The translations under genes were made by a program, and so were the position numbers. From NCBI GenBank assembly GCA_028712895.1, contig JAQTPL010000006.1, positions 239-64,238 of the forward strand: a stretch of 64,000 nt of DNA, given 5' to 3'. Position 1 is the first letter of the stretch. Every line of letters begins with the position of its first letter. The notes below the pieces were generated by a model that was given only the letters and a program-made list of their open reading frames with translations, was not told where the DNA came from and ran no database searches. Shown here one piece after another: positions 56,526 to 64,000 of the stretch. Source of the DNA: a bacterium (lineage in GTDB: Bacteria; CAYTYR01; UBA6262).

Positions 56526-57767
56526 TTACACTGTCAGGGCCAGGAAGACCTCTCTGGCCCCGTTAACGATTTCTCCGTCGAACTGGTTGTCTTTTTGGCA
56601 CTCCAGTTCTGCTAGTGCCTCCTGAATGCTTTTCATTTTTTGGTAAGGGCGCGGGCTGGTCATAGCATCAAAAGCATCGGCCACGGTTATGATTCTGGAT
56701 AAATATGGTATTTGTTGCATTTCCAGATGATCCGGATATCCCAGGCCGTTAAAATGCTCATGATGATGGCGTACTGTAGGCACCAAATTCTTAAAAACAT
56801 CTATATATTTGATAATATCTGCGGTGGTCTCAGGATGCCTTCTCACCACGGCAAACTCTTCCTCGCTCAAGGGTCCTGGCTTGTTCAGGATAGATTGCGG
56901 GATAGCCACTTTACCGGCATCATGCAATAAGCTGGCCCACTTTATACGGCTGATCTCATCATGATCAAGATGTAGAGCTTCAGCCAATAACATCGCGTAT
57001 TGAGATACCCGCTGCGAATGGCCACTGGTATAGAGATGTTTGGCATCAATAACCCTGGCAAAAACCCGTAAGGTGATACCAATAACATCGCTCTTATCCT
57101 GACATTGCAAACGGGGTAACCCCTGCTGTAATTCTACAACCGCTTCTTCCAGACATTCATCCCGGTTAATTTCCCGGCAATACTCATTATGGGCTAATAC
57201 TTCACTAAAAGCTTCATACACGGAAGAGCAGAATTCCTTGTTCTTTTGTTCACCTAACTGTTTTATGCTTTGTTCATAATCAAGCTGGGGATTATCCTGC
57301 AGACAAAAATCGTAACTATCGGCAATTCTTAAGCATTGGGCCCCGATATTTATATCCTCGTTCTGTTTTTCATGTGGGTACCCTGCTCCATCCCAACGCT
57401 CATGATGGTCCATGATAATCTCAGCCGCCAGTTCCAGGCCGGGAATTTCCTGCACAATTCTAGCGCCTTTAACCGGATGCGCAAAAATCACCGGATGGGC
57501 TCTCTGCTGGTCCAGGGATAACTGTGGTCTGATACCATTGTCAATGCTGACCGACCCGACATCATGCAGTAAGCTGGCATAAAACACCTGGTTAATATCT
57601 TCCGGGGTAATTTTCCGGGCAACTTCTGTGGCCAGCACCGCCACCCGCCAGGCATGAAAGATACGCTGATGATTTTCTAAGGCAATAATTTGCGAAAGCG
57701 CATTGATAATCTGACTGAAGGAGCTTTCCAAATTAAATTCCACGATACCCTCCCTTTTTAGGAACAA
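56526..57767 (-). CDS. Tandem HD-GYP domain protein (two apparently intact HD-GYP modules)
   Basis: Domain 1 has 'LLHDVG' and 'HHERWDGAGYP'; domain 2 has 'LLHDAGK' and 'HHHEHFNGLGYP'. Confidence 0.8.
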   Translation of the reverse strand: MFLKREGIVEFNLESSFSQIINALSQIIALENHQRIFHAWRVAVLATEVARKITPEDINQVFYASLLHDVGSVSIDNGIRPQLSLDQQRAHPVIFAHPVKGARIVQEIPGLELAAEIIMDHHERWDGAGYPHEKQNEDINIGAQCLRIADSYDFCLQDNPQLDYEQSIKQLGEQKNKEFCSSVYEAFSEVLAHNEYCREINRDECLEEAVVELQQGLPRLQCQDKSDVIGITLRVFARVIDAKHLYTSGHSQRVSQYAMLLAEALHLDHDEISRIKWASLLHDAGKVAIPQSILNKPGPLSEEEFAVVRRHPETTADIIKYIDVFKNLVPTVRHHHEHFNGLGYPDHLEMQQIPYLSRIITVADAFDAMTSPRPYQKMKSIQEALAELECQKDNQFDGEIVNGAREVFLALTV

Positions 57768-58101
57768 CTACTTAATTTTATTTATTCTTTATAAATTAAA
57801 AAACCGGGATATAATTAATCCCAGGGTTATGGTGTTTATTAAATTATTATCTTTCCTTACATCCGGTTTATGATCCCGGTGTTTTACTATACACAGTCTG
57901 TCTATCTTAAACATAACTGCACCTCAAAAGCTTTACTTTCGAGTCACTTCTCATCCCGTTACTTTTGCTCTAGCTTTTTCTATCAGCTACGAGCTATGAA
58001 CTATGAGCTTTCTTTTTGGTGGCGCCAACGGGACTTCCACCCAGCAAGCGTTGGCGGATTCCGTTCGCGCAGCTCACTTCACTTCTCGTCCCGTTTAAAT
58101 A

Positions 58102-58175
58102 TGGCGCCAACGGGACTCGAACCCGTAAGCTCTGCCTTGAGAGGGCAGCGTCCTAACCAATTAGACGATGGCGCC
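58102..58175 (-). tRNA. tRNA-Glu (anticodon CUC)
   Basis: The reverse complement 'GGCGCCATCGTCTAATTGGTTAGGACGCTGCCCTCTCAAGGCAGAGCTTACGGGTTCGAGTCCCGTTGGCGCCA' folds as a cloverleaf: 7-bp acceptor stem, a GTC/GAC D-stem as in other tRNA-Glu, anticodon loop CTCTCAA, T-loop GGTTCGAGTCC. No CCA is encoded. Confidence 0.85.
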
Positions 58176-58180
58176 GTAAG

Positions 58181-58546
58181 CTATTTACTTGGCGAAACGA
58201 GAAAAATACTTAACAAAGTACTAATCACGCTAAGAATGAGCGCGCCAATGATCGCCCAAAAGAAGCCATCAATAACAAAACCAGGAATGGCCCAGGCTAC
58301 AAAACTCAGGAGCATTCCATTGATAATGAAAGTCAATAATCCCAAGGTCAGTATATTTATGGGCAGCGTTAATAAGATAATGACCGGCTTAATAAACGCA
58401 TTAACCAAACCTAATAATAGCGCTGCCATTAGAGCCGCCCAAGGGCTGGCTATATATATCCCAGCCACCAGGTAATCTGTTAAGATCAAAGCTATGATAT
58501 TGATTCCCCAGCGTAATAAGAAATGCATAAGTACCTCAAATAGCAA
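58181..58546 (-). CDS. DUF360 / YvlD-type (phage-holin-4-like) small membrane protein
   Basis: A 121-aa protein with four TM helices, whose sequence resembles the YvlD/DUF360 family. Confidence 0.6.
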   Translation of the reverse strand: MLFEVLMHFLLRWGINIIALILTDYLVAGIYIASPWAALMAALLLGLVNAFIKPVIILLTLPINILTLGLLTFIINGMLLSFVAWAIPGFVIDGFFWAIIGALILSVISTLLSIFLVSPSK

Positions 58547-58657
58547 AAAACTATTAAAACTTGAGAGTTGAAATTTGGAATTAGATCGTAATCCCTGTCT
58601 GCCGACAGGTAGAAATTCTCGATTACTTTGCTTAAATCCAACAGAGTTGGATTTAAA

Positions 58658-58730
58658 CTGCCCGGCCTGGACTCGAACCAGGAGACTTCTGCTCCAGAGG
58701 CAGACGTGTTACCAATTACACCACCGGGCA
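58658..58730 (-). tRNA. tRNA-Gln (anticodon CUG)
   Basis: The reverse complement 'TGCCCGGTGGTGTAATTGGTAACACGTCTGCCTCTGGAGCAGAAGTCTCCTGGTTCGAGTCCAGGCCGGGCAG' has a U1:A72 pair plus G73 (a bacterial Gln identity feature), a GTGT/ACAC D-stem and anticodon loop CTCTGGA. Position 37 is G, which is unusual. Confidence 0.75.
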
Positions 58731-58835
58731 ATATCAAAATTATTTATCGTTCACCGTCCCCCGCCAATGAATTGGCGGGTCGTGGTTCATCGTTCGTAGT
58801 TATAGATATGTGCTTTTACGACCAACCACGAACGA

Positions 58836-59141
58836 CTAACTACTAACGGCCTTATTGCTTTCTTCGACGTAATTTAGTTCCAGGTCAGCCAATACTCCTT
58901 CAATCATTTGCTGTTCTTTAGGATTCAAGTTCCCCTGGGTTTTATTCTGCAGCATACGTAACATATCGATCATAGATTTAGCCTGTTTTAGATCCTTTTG
59001 GACCTGATTGCTAACTGGATGGACTTGTTTTCCCAGCCAAGACCAAGCTGCCTGGCTCAAGGAATAGACCAAGCTTAAAAAACTAAGTTCTTCCTCATTA
59101 ATTTTAGCTTCGACTTTCTCTTTTTCTAATTCTTCACCCAT
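58836..59141 (-). CDS. DUF1844-like small conserved protein
   Basis: A 101-aa acidic helical protein immediately downstream of gltX (1-nt overlap); its sequence pattern resembles DUF1844. Confidence 0.5.
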   Translation of the reverse strand: MGEELEKEKVEAKINEEELSFLSLVYSLSQAAWSWLGKQVHPVSNQVQKDLKQAKSMIDMLRMLQNKTQGNLNPKEQQMIEGVLADLELNYVEESNKAVSS

Positions 59142-60565
59142 TACAGCCTCTCTACTGTTTGTTTGATCCGGGCCAATACCCGTTCCCGTCCCAGCACTGA
59201 AAGCATGTCAAAAAGGCCAGGTCCGGTGGTCCGACCACTCACTGCTACGCGAACCGGATGGAACACTTCCCCGGTTTTGTAATTATTAGTTTCACACAGC
59301 TGCCGTACAGTTTGCTCTAAGCCTGCTACGGAAAAATCCTGTGCACTTGACAATCCGGCAGCAACTTTTGCTAATATCTCTTTGACATTCGGCTTGGCCA
59401 GGGTTTTTTGGGCTTTATCATCTGCCAACTCAACCTTTTCCATAAAAAAGAAATCCACTAATTCCGGCAATTCGCCTATAGTCTTGATCCGCTCCCGCTC
59501 CAGGGAAATAACCTGGTTAATATACTCTAAATCCGTGTTTTCGTCTATTAATTTCTTTTCTACCAGGAATTTCTTCCCTAACCGCACTAGGTTTTCAGGT
59601 AGTAGTTTATGACGGATATACTCGCCATTCAGCCATTTTAATTTTTCCGGATCAAAAATGGCCGCATTCTTAGCGCACCGTTCCAAAGAGAATTTTTCGA
59701 TCATCTCAGAGACTGAGAATATCTGCTGGCTGTCTTCAGTAGCCCAACCCAGCAATACCAGGTAATTCATAATTGCTTCCGGTAGATACCCCTGCTGGAT
59801 ATATTCATCTAATGCTGCCGCACCATGCCGTTTACTTAATCGGGCGCCATCAGGCCCCAGGATCATGGGGATGTGGGCAAATTCAGGTAATTCCCAGCCA
59901 AAGGCCTGATAGAGCATAATTTGCCGGGGAGTATTGGAAATATGGTCATCCCCGCGAATCACATGGGTAATAGCCATATCGTGGTCATCACAAACCACGG
60001 CAAAATTATATACCGGTACCCCGGAGGATTTCAGGATCACAAAATCATCCAGGAGAGAATTATCAAACTGGATCGGACCTTTGACCAGGTCATTGATCTT
60101 GGTCACACCGGAATCAGGCATCCTGAAACGGATCACTGGCTGGCGGCCTTCCTGTTCAAATTTCTTTTTTTGTTCTGCCGAGAGAGCCCGGCATTGGCCG
60201 TTATATTTAGGCGGTAGTTTTTTAGCCATCATCTCTTTGCGCCGTGTTTCCAGCTCTTCCGGCGAGCAATAGCATTGGTACGCCCGCCCTTGCCGCACTA
60301 ACTGAGCGGCATACTGTTGGTGTTTTGCTTTATGGTCACTTTGTAAAAAAGGACCTTCATCCCAGTTCATGCCCAGCCATTCCATACTGCGCAGTATTTG
60401 GGCAGTAGATTCCTCAGTGGAACGAGCTTCATCAGTATCTTCAATGCGCAAGACAAAAACACCTTTTTTATTTCTGGCAAAGAGCCAATTAAACAAGGCT
60501 GTCCTGGCTCCCCCGATATGCAGATAGCCGGTGGGAGAAGGAGCAAACCGTACACGAATGGTCAA
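59141..60565 (-). CDS. gltX: Glutamate--tRNA ligase. TTG start with an AGGAGG Shine-Dalgarno sequence.
   Basis: 'RFAPSPTGYLHIGGARTALFNWLFA' (HIGH motif) and the KMSKS-like motif 'RLSKRHG'; 474 aa. Confidence 0.92.
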   Translation of the reverse strand: MTIRVRFAPSPTGYLHIGGARTALFNWLFARNKKGVFVLRIEDTDEARSTEESTAQILRSMEWLGMNWDEGPFLQSDHKAKHQQYAAQLVRQGRAYQCYCSPEELETRRKEMMAKKLPPKYNGQCRALSAEQKKKFEQEGRQPVIRFRMPDSGVTKINDLVKGPIQFDNSLLDDFVILKSSGVPVYNFAVVCDDHDMAITHVIRGDDHISNTPRQIMLYQAFGWELPEFAHIPMILGPDGARLSKRHGAAALDEYIQQGYLPEAIMNYLVLLGWATEDSQQIFSVSEMIEKFSLERCAKNAAIFDPEKLKWLNGEYIRHKLLPENLVRLGKKFLVEKKLIDENTDLEYINQVISLERERIKTIGELPELVDFFFMEKVELADDKAQKTLAKPNVKEILAKVAAGLSSAQDFSVAGLEQTVRQLCETNNYKTGEVFHPVRVAVSGRTTGPGLFDMLSVLGRERVLARIKQTVERL

Positions 60566-60587
60566 TGGGAAAATCCTCCTGCTAAGA

Positions 60588-60700
60588 TCAGTTTTGAGTT
60601 ATAAGTTATGAGTGTTGAGTTGTGGTCAAAATCTTTCCATAATATATTTACCTTAACTCAAAACTCAAAATTCAAAACTTAAAACTGCTTTTAATAGATC
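60588..60700. repeat. Intergenic element family A, copy 2 (TTGAGT-N17-CATAAT; AACTGCTTTT box), between hisG and gltX
   Basis: The stretch 'cagttttgagttataagttatgagtgttgagttgtggtcaaaatctttccataatatatttaccttaactcaaaactcaaaattcaaaacttaaaactgctttt' aligns with 41353-41500. Confidence 0.5.
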
Positions 60701-61563
60701 ACTTTATTCAATGGATATTCGATAATTCCCTGGGCACCGGCCCGTTTCAGTTCCGGGATAATTTGTTTGACAATTTTTTCTTCCATGATCACTTCCAGGG
60801 CGACCCAACCTTTTTTCGTCAATCCTGAAACTGTCGGGTTTTTCAGCGCCGGCAGCACAGCCAGTATTTTCTTCAGGTTCGCGTCAGCTACATTCATTTT
60901 CAAGCCTACCATTCCTTCGGCAGCGAGGGCTCCCTTTAACAAGATGGACAGGTTTTCGATCTTTCTTTTTTTCCAAGTGTCCTGCAAGGCAGCGGCGTTG
61001 GCGATCAACCGGGTGGTTGATTGCAATATGGTATCGATGATGCGTAATTTATTAGCCCGCAAGCTGGAACCAGTTTCGGTCAGCTCGACAATCGCGTCGA
61101 CCAGGTCCGGGACCTTGGCTTCAGTCGCTCCCCAGGAAAATTCCACATCTGCTTTTACTTTGTTCTTTTGCAGATAATTTTTAACGATATTCACTACTTC
61201 CGTGGCAATACGCTTGTTTTTAAGATCTGTTACTTTATTAAAAGAAGAATTCTCACTAACTGCCAATACCCATTTCACTGGCCGATAACCGCTCTTGGCA
61301 TAGATCAACTCTGTCACTTCCTTCACTTTGGCGCCAGATTCCACGATCCAGTCATAGCCGGCCAGGCCCACGTCAAAAACCCCGTCTTCCACATACTTGG
61401 GGATCTCCTGGGTCCGGACCAGCATTATTTCCAACTCATCATCATCACAGGAGGGAAAATAACTGCGATCATTCACATATATATTTACCCCGGCTTTTTT
61501 AAATAACGCCAGGGTTGAATCCTGCAAGCTTCCCTTTGGAAATCCTAATTTTAGTTTTTTCAT
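60691..61563 (-). CDS. hisG: ATP phosphoribosyltransferase, long form with C-terminal regulatory domain
   Basis: A 290-aa protein: HisG catalytic domains plus the HisG_C domain. Confidence 0.9.
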   Translation of the reverse strand: MKKLKLGFPKGSLQDSTLALFKKAGVNIYVNDRSYFPSCDDDELEIMLVRTQEIPKYVEDGVFDVGLAGYDWIVESGAKVKEVTELIYAKSGYRPVKWVLAVSENSSFNKVTDLKNKRIATEVVNIVKNYLQKNKVKADVEFSWGATEAKVPDLVDAIVELTETGSSLRANKLRIIDTILQSTTRLIANAAALQDTWKKRKIENLSILLKGALAAEGMVGLKMNVADANLKKILAVLPALKNPTVSGLTKKGWVALEVIMEEKIVKQIIPELKRAGAQGIIEYPLNKVIY

Positions 61564-61612
61564 TTTCCTTTTCCTCTTTATTATTTGTTTTTACTAGCGA
61601 CTGGAGACTGCT

Positions 61613-63046
61613 TTACCGTTGCCAGATACAGATCCGGTTTTTCCCTTCTTTTTTTGCCTGATACATGGCTTCATCAGTTTTTTGGATGAAATCCTCTTTT
61701 AAATATTTCTTTTCGAACTGGGCAATGCCACCACTGATCGTGACTTGACCGATATCTTTAAAGTATTCTTCCTGTCGGGTGCTGGCTTCCACTGCCTCTC
61801 TTATTTTGTCAGCTATGGACATACCTCCGACAGCTTCTGTTTCTGGCAGGATCATCACGAATTCTTCACCGCCATAACGGCAGACGATGTCAACTTCCCG
61901 GGCATTACTTTTAATAGTGGCGCTGATATGTCTTAAAATAACATCTCCGGTCAAGTGGCCAAAGCGGTCATTGTAAGATTTAAAATTATCAATGTCGAAC
62001 ATTACCAGGGAGAGCGGGCGTCCGTAACGTTTGGCCCGGTTTATTTCCTTGGCTAGTTGTTCCTGGAAATACCGATGGTTGAATAAGCTGGTCAAAGCAT
62101 CGGTAATAGCTAAATTCCTGACTTCTTCATATAACCGCGCATTTTCAATGGCCACAGCGGCATAGTTTATGATAATGGAAAGATAATTCAAGTCGTCCTC
62201 TGTAAAGACAGCCAACCCGTTATCTTTTTTATCAGTAACGCTTAAAACCCCATGCACCTTATCTTTATGCACCAGGGGTACGCTGATAAATGATTTCCCC
62301 AGGTAATGGGGCCGGCTTTCCCGTTTGGTGCGTTCGTCACTTTCGATATCCTCAACCAGCATGGCTTCCCCATACTTAATCACAAACCCAGCGACTTTAT
62401 CGCCGATTTTCATTTTAGTTTTGCTGATAATTTCATCGGATAAGCCGATCGCTCCTTTGATAATCAACTGCCCGGTGTCCTCGTCCAGGAGCATTAAAGA
62501 GCCTTTTTCTGCTTTCAAAACTTCAGTTGATTTTCTGACGATAAAATCGATCAGTTCCCGCAGGTCCAGGATCGAAGACATCATTTTGCCTATTTCCAGC
62601 ACTGATTCGAGTTTGTCTTTTTCTGTTTTCAAGCTGGACAGCAACTCTTTATTTTCCAGGGTCAGCCGCTGTTCTTCCAAACCGCGCTTGATGATCATTT
62701 TAATACGGTTGATGTCAAACGGCTTAATGATATAGTCATACACGCCAGCTTCCAGGGCTTTGATCGCTGTTTCAGTCGTGGCAAAAGCCGTCACCATCAA
62801 AACGACGGTTTCCCGGTGCGCTTCCCTGATCTGTTTCATCACTTCCATACCGCTCATGTCCGTCAGCTTAATATCAACGATGGCAATATTAAAGAACTTT
62901 TTCTGTATTTGATCTATACCAGCAGCGCCGTTTTCAGCGGTAGTGACATTATATCCTTCACGTACCAGCAATGCTTCCAACATTTCCCGGATAACTTTTT
63001 CATCATCAACGATAAGTAATTCCGGTTTGTCCGGTTTTTTGATCAT
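61613..63046 (-). CDS. Response-regulator diguanylate cyclase (REC-GAF-GGDEF)
   Basis: REC domain ('LIVDDEKVIREML...DIKLTDMSG'), a GAF domain, and GGDEF with an intact 'RYGGEEF' motif. Confidence 0.85.
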   Translation of the reverse strand: MIKKPDKPELLIVDDEKVIREMLEALLVREGYNVTTAENGAAGIDQIQKKFFNIAIVDIKLTDMSGMEVMKQIREAHRETVVLMVTAFATTETAIKALEAGVYDYIIKPFDINRIKMIIKRGLEEQRLTLENKELLSSLKTEKDKLESVLEIGKMMSSILDLRELIDFIVRKSTEVLKAEKGSLMLLDEDTGQLIIKGAIGLSDEIISKTKMKIGDKVAGFVIKYGEAMLVEDIESDERTKRESRPHYLGKSFISVPLVHKDKVHGVLSVTDKKDNGLAVFTEDDLNYLSIIINYAAVAIENARLYEEVRNLAITDALTSLFNHRYFQEQLAKEINRAKRYGRPLSLVMFDIDNFKSYNDRFGHLTGDVILRHISATIKSNAREVDIVCRYGGEEFVMILPETEAVGGMSIADKIREAVEASTRQEEYFKDIGQVTISGGIAQFEKKYLKEDFIQKTDEAMYQAKKEGKNRICIWQR

Positions 63047-63081
63047 TGCTCACGCCTGCCCTTTGTCTTGACTTATACCTA

Positions 63082-64000
63082 TTAAGCGTATTTTGGAAAA
63101 GTAACGGTAAAGGTAGTCCCCTGGCCTAATCTACTTTCAACTGAAATTGTACCCTGATGTTTCCTGACAATCTCGTTCACGATGGATAAACCCAGGCCGA
63201 TGCCTTTATCTTTGGTGGTGAAGAAGGGCTGGAAGATACTTTTTAGGTTCTCCTCGGGAATACCGACTCCACTATCTTTGATCTTTACTTTAATAAAATC
63301 CCTCTCTTCCATGCTCGTGATCGTTAACTCGCCGCCGGCGCCCATAGCCTGTAAAGCGTTATTGATCAAGTTGTCAAATATTTGTTTAAGCTGGTCCCGG
63401 TCGGCTTTGATCACACTTTTAATTTCCTGCAGCTTTTTAGTGACTTTAATATCATGCAGCTCAGCCTGGTATTCCTGCACCGGCAGGATTTCCCCCAGCA
63501 ACTCATTTATATTGACAGTATTGAAGATCGGGCTGATCGGCTGCGAAAAGGTTAATATTTCCATCACGATCTTGTTGGCCCGGTCTGCTTCTGATTCTAT
63601 ATCATTAATGCTCTTATTGGCTTCAGCGTCCGCACTACTCACTTTATCGCGCAGAAAATAAGCAGCCATTTTAATGCCGGTTAACGGATTTTTTAATTCA
63701 TGGCTTACTGCCGCGGCAATCTGGCCAAGAGCAGCCATTTTTTCTGACTGCAGCAGTTTTTTCTGCGCTTCTTTTAATTCTCCCGTCATAGTGTTGAAAG
63801 AAGCAGCTAATTCTTTCAGTTCATCATTAGTATCTACCCTGATCGTATGGTCAAAATCACTATTAGCAACAGCAATAGCTCCCTGACGCAGGCTTTCAAT
63901 AGCCTTGGTCAAAGGCCGGCCCACATAAAATCCAATAGCCAAAGCCAGCAATATACTAAATCCAGCCATAAAGATAATAGAGGACATGACTTTTCTTTTG
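63082..64000 (-). CDS. Sensor histidine kinase (TM-HAMP-HisKA-HATPase). Probably 5'-partial: the frame stays open upstream of the first Met at 63987 to the window edge.
   Basis: HAMP region ('DELKELAASFNTMTGEL'), H-box 'SHELKNPLTGI' and G-boxes ('GIGLGLSIV'). Confidence 0.8.
   Translation of the reverse strand, partial: KRKVMSSIIFMAGFSILLALAIGFYVGRPLTKAIESLRQGAIAVANSDFDHTIRVDTNDELKELAASFNTMTGELKEAQKKLLQSEKMAALGQIAAAVSHELKNPLTGIKMAAYFLRDKVSSADAEANKSINDIESEADRANKIVMEILTFSQPISPIFNTVNINELLGEILPVQEYQAELHDIKVTKKLQEIKSVIKADRDQLKQIFDNLINNALQAMGAGGELTITSMEERDFIKVKIKDSGVGIPEENLKSIFQPFFTTKDKGIGLGLSIVNEIVRKHQGTISVESRLGQGTTFTVTFPKYA

Noticed and set aside
57768-58180. A possible integrated mobile element at tRNA-Glu (partial tRNA 3' duplication)
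   Set aside because: Only about 65 bp separates the tRNA from its partial copy, and there is no integrase or cargo. At most it is an old scar, so it is reported only as a minor finding.
57870-58475. A 201-aa plus-strand ORF
   Set aside because: It runs through the tRNA-Glu gene and antisense through the DUF360 gene, so it is not credible.
1-64000. CRISPR arrays, cas genes, integrases, transposases and prophage structural genes
   Set aside because: None found. The only regular repeats are the short heptamer array and the spacer inverted-repeat elements, which lack the repeat-spacer periodicity of CRISPR.

Overview
This 64-kb window is a gene-dense bacterial chromosomal segment, apparently from a diderm (TolC, secretin, MacAB and RND efflux are present); I cannot assign a phylum. 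About 60 kb of it is coding on the minus strand.

Ordinary content, read from the right end (minus-strand transcription order):
- Right edge through gltX: a HAMP sensor kinase, a REC-GAF-GGDEF protein, hisG and gltX.
- tRNA locus: tRNA-Gln and tRNA-Glu next to gltX, plus a DUF360 membrane protein.
- Signalling and small-molecule genes: a tandem HD-GYP protein, bioY, tpiA, rpiB and deoC.
- Long operon: pilT, an unknown protein, gcvT-gcvH-gcvPA-gcvPB, a DnaA-like AAA+ protein, an LplA/LipM-like ligase, and a HAMP-GAF kinase with a CheY-like receiver.
- Nucleoside salvage / pentose cluster: split transketolase, deoB, a Pit phosphate transporter with a DUF47 partner, punA, deoA, a PAS-HD-GYP protein, a YbaN-YfhO fusion, mtnP, a PfkB kinase, cdd and a HAD hydrolase.
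- Potassium module: a short KdpD, kdpE and trkH.
- Plus-strand pair: pilP-like and pilQ secretin genes.
- Efflux module: a tetR-tolC-MFP-RND operon.
- Envelope-stress module: ECF sigma, anti-sigma, two CpxP/Spy-like proteins, tolC, macA, macB and ppiC.
- Left end: vapBC, a lipoprotein, an MFS transporter (plus strand), proA, nadD, an LCP protein, rsfS and the 5' part of argS.

The most unusual features:
1. A 611-aa DnaA paralog has a complete DnaA domain III but no DNA-binding domain IV. Novel N- and C-terminal domains flank the AAA+ module, and both recur in a 310-aa protein immediately after pilT. The two paralogs bracket the glycine-cleavage operon.
2. Two about 220-230-bp MITE-like elements with terminal inverted repeats flank deoC-rpiB-tpiA-bioY.
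3. Several families of short, structured intergenic repeats sit in intercistronic spacers.

All calls come from reading the translations and the sequence directly; no database search was possible.
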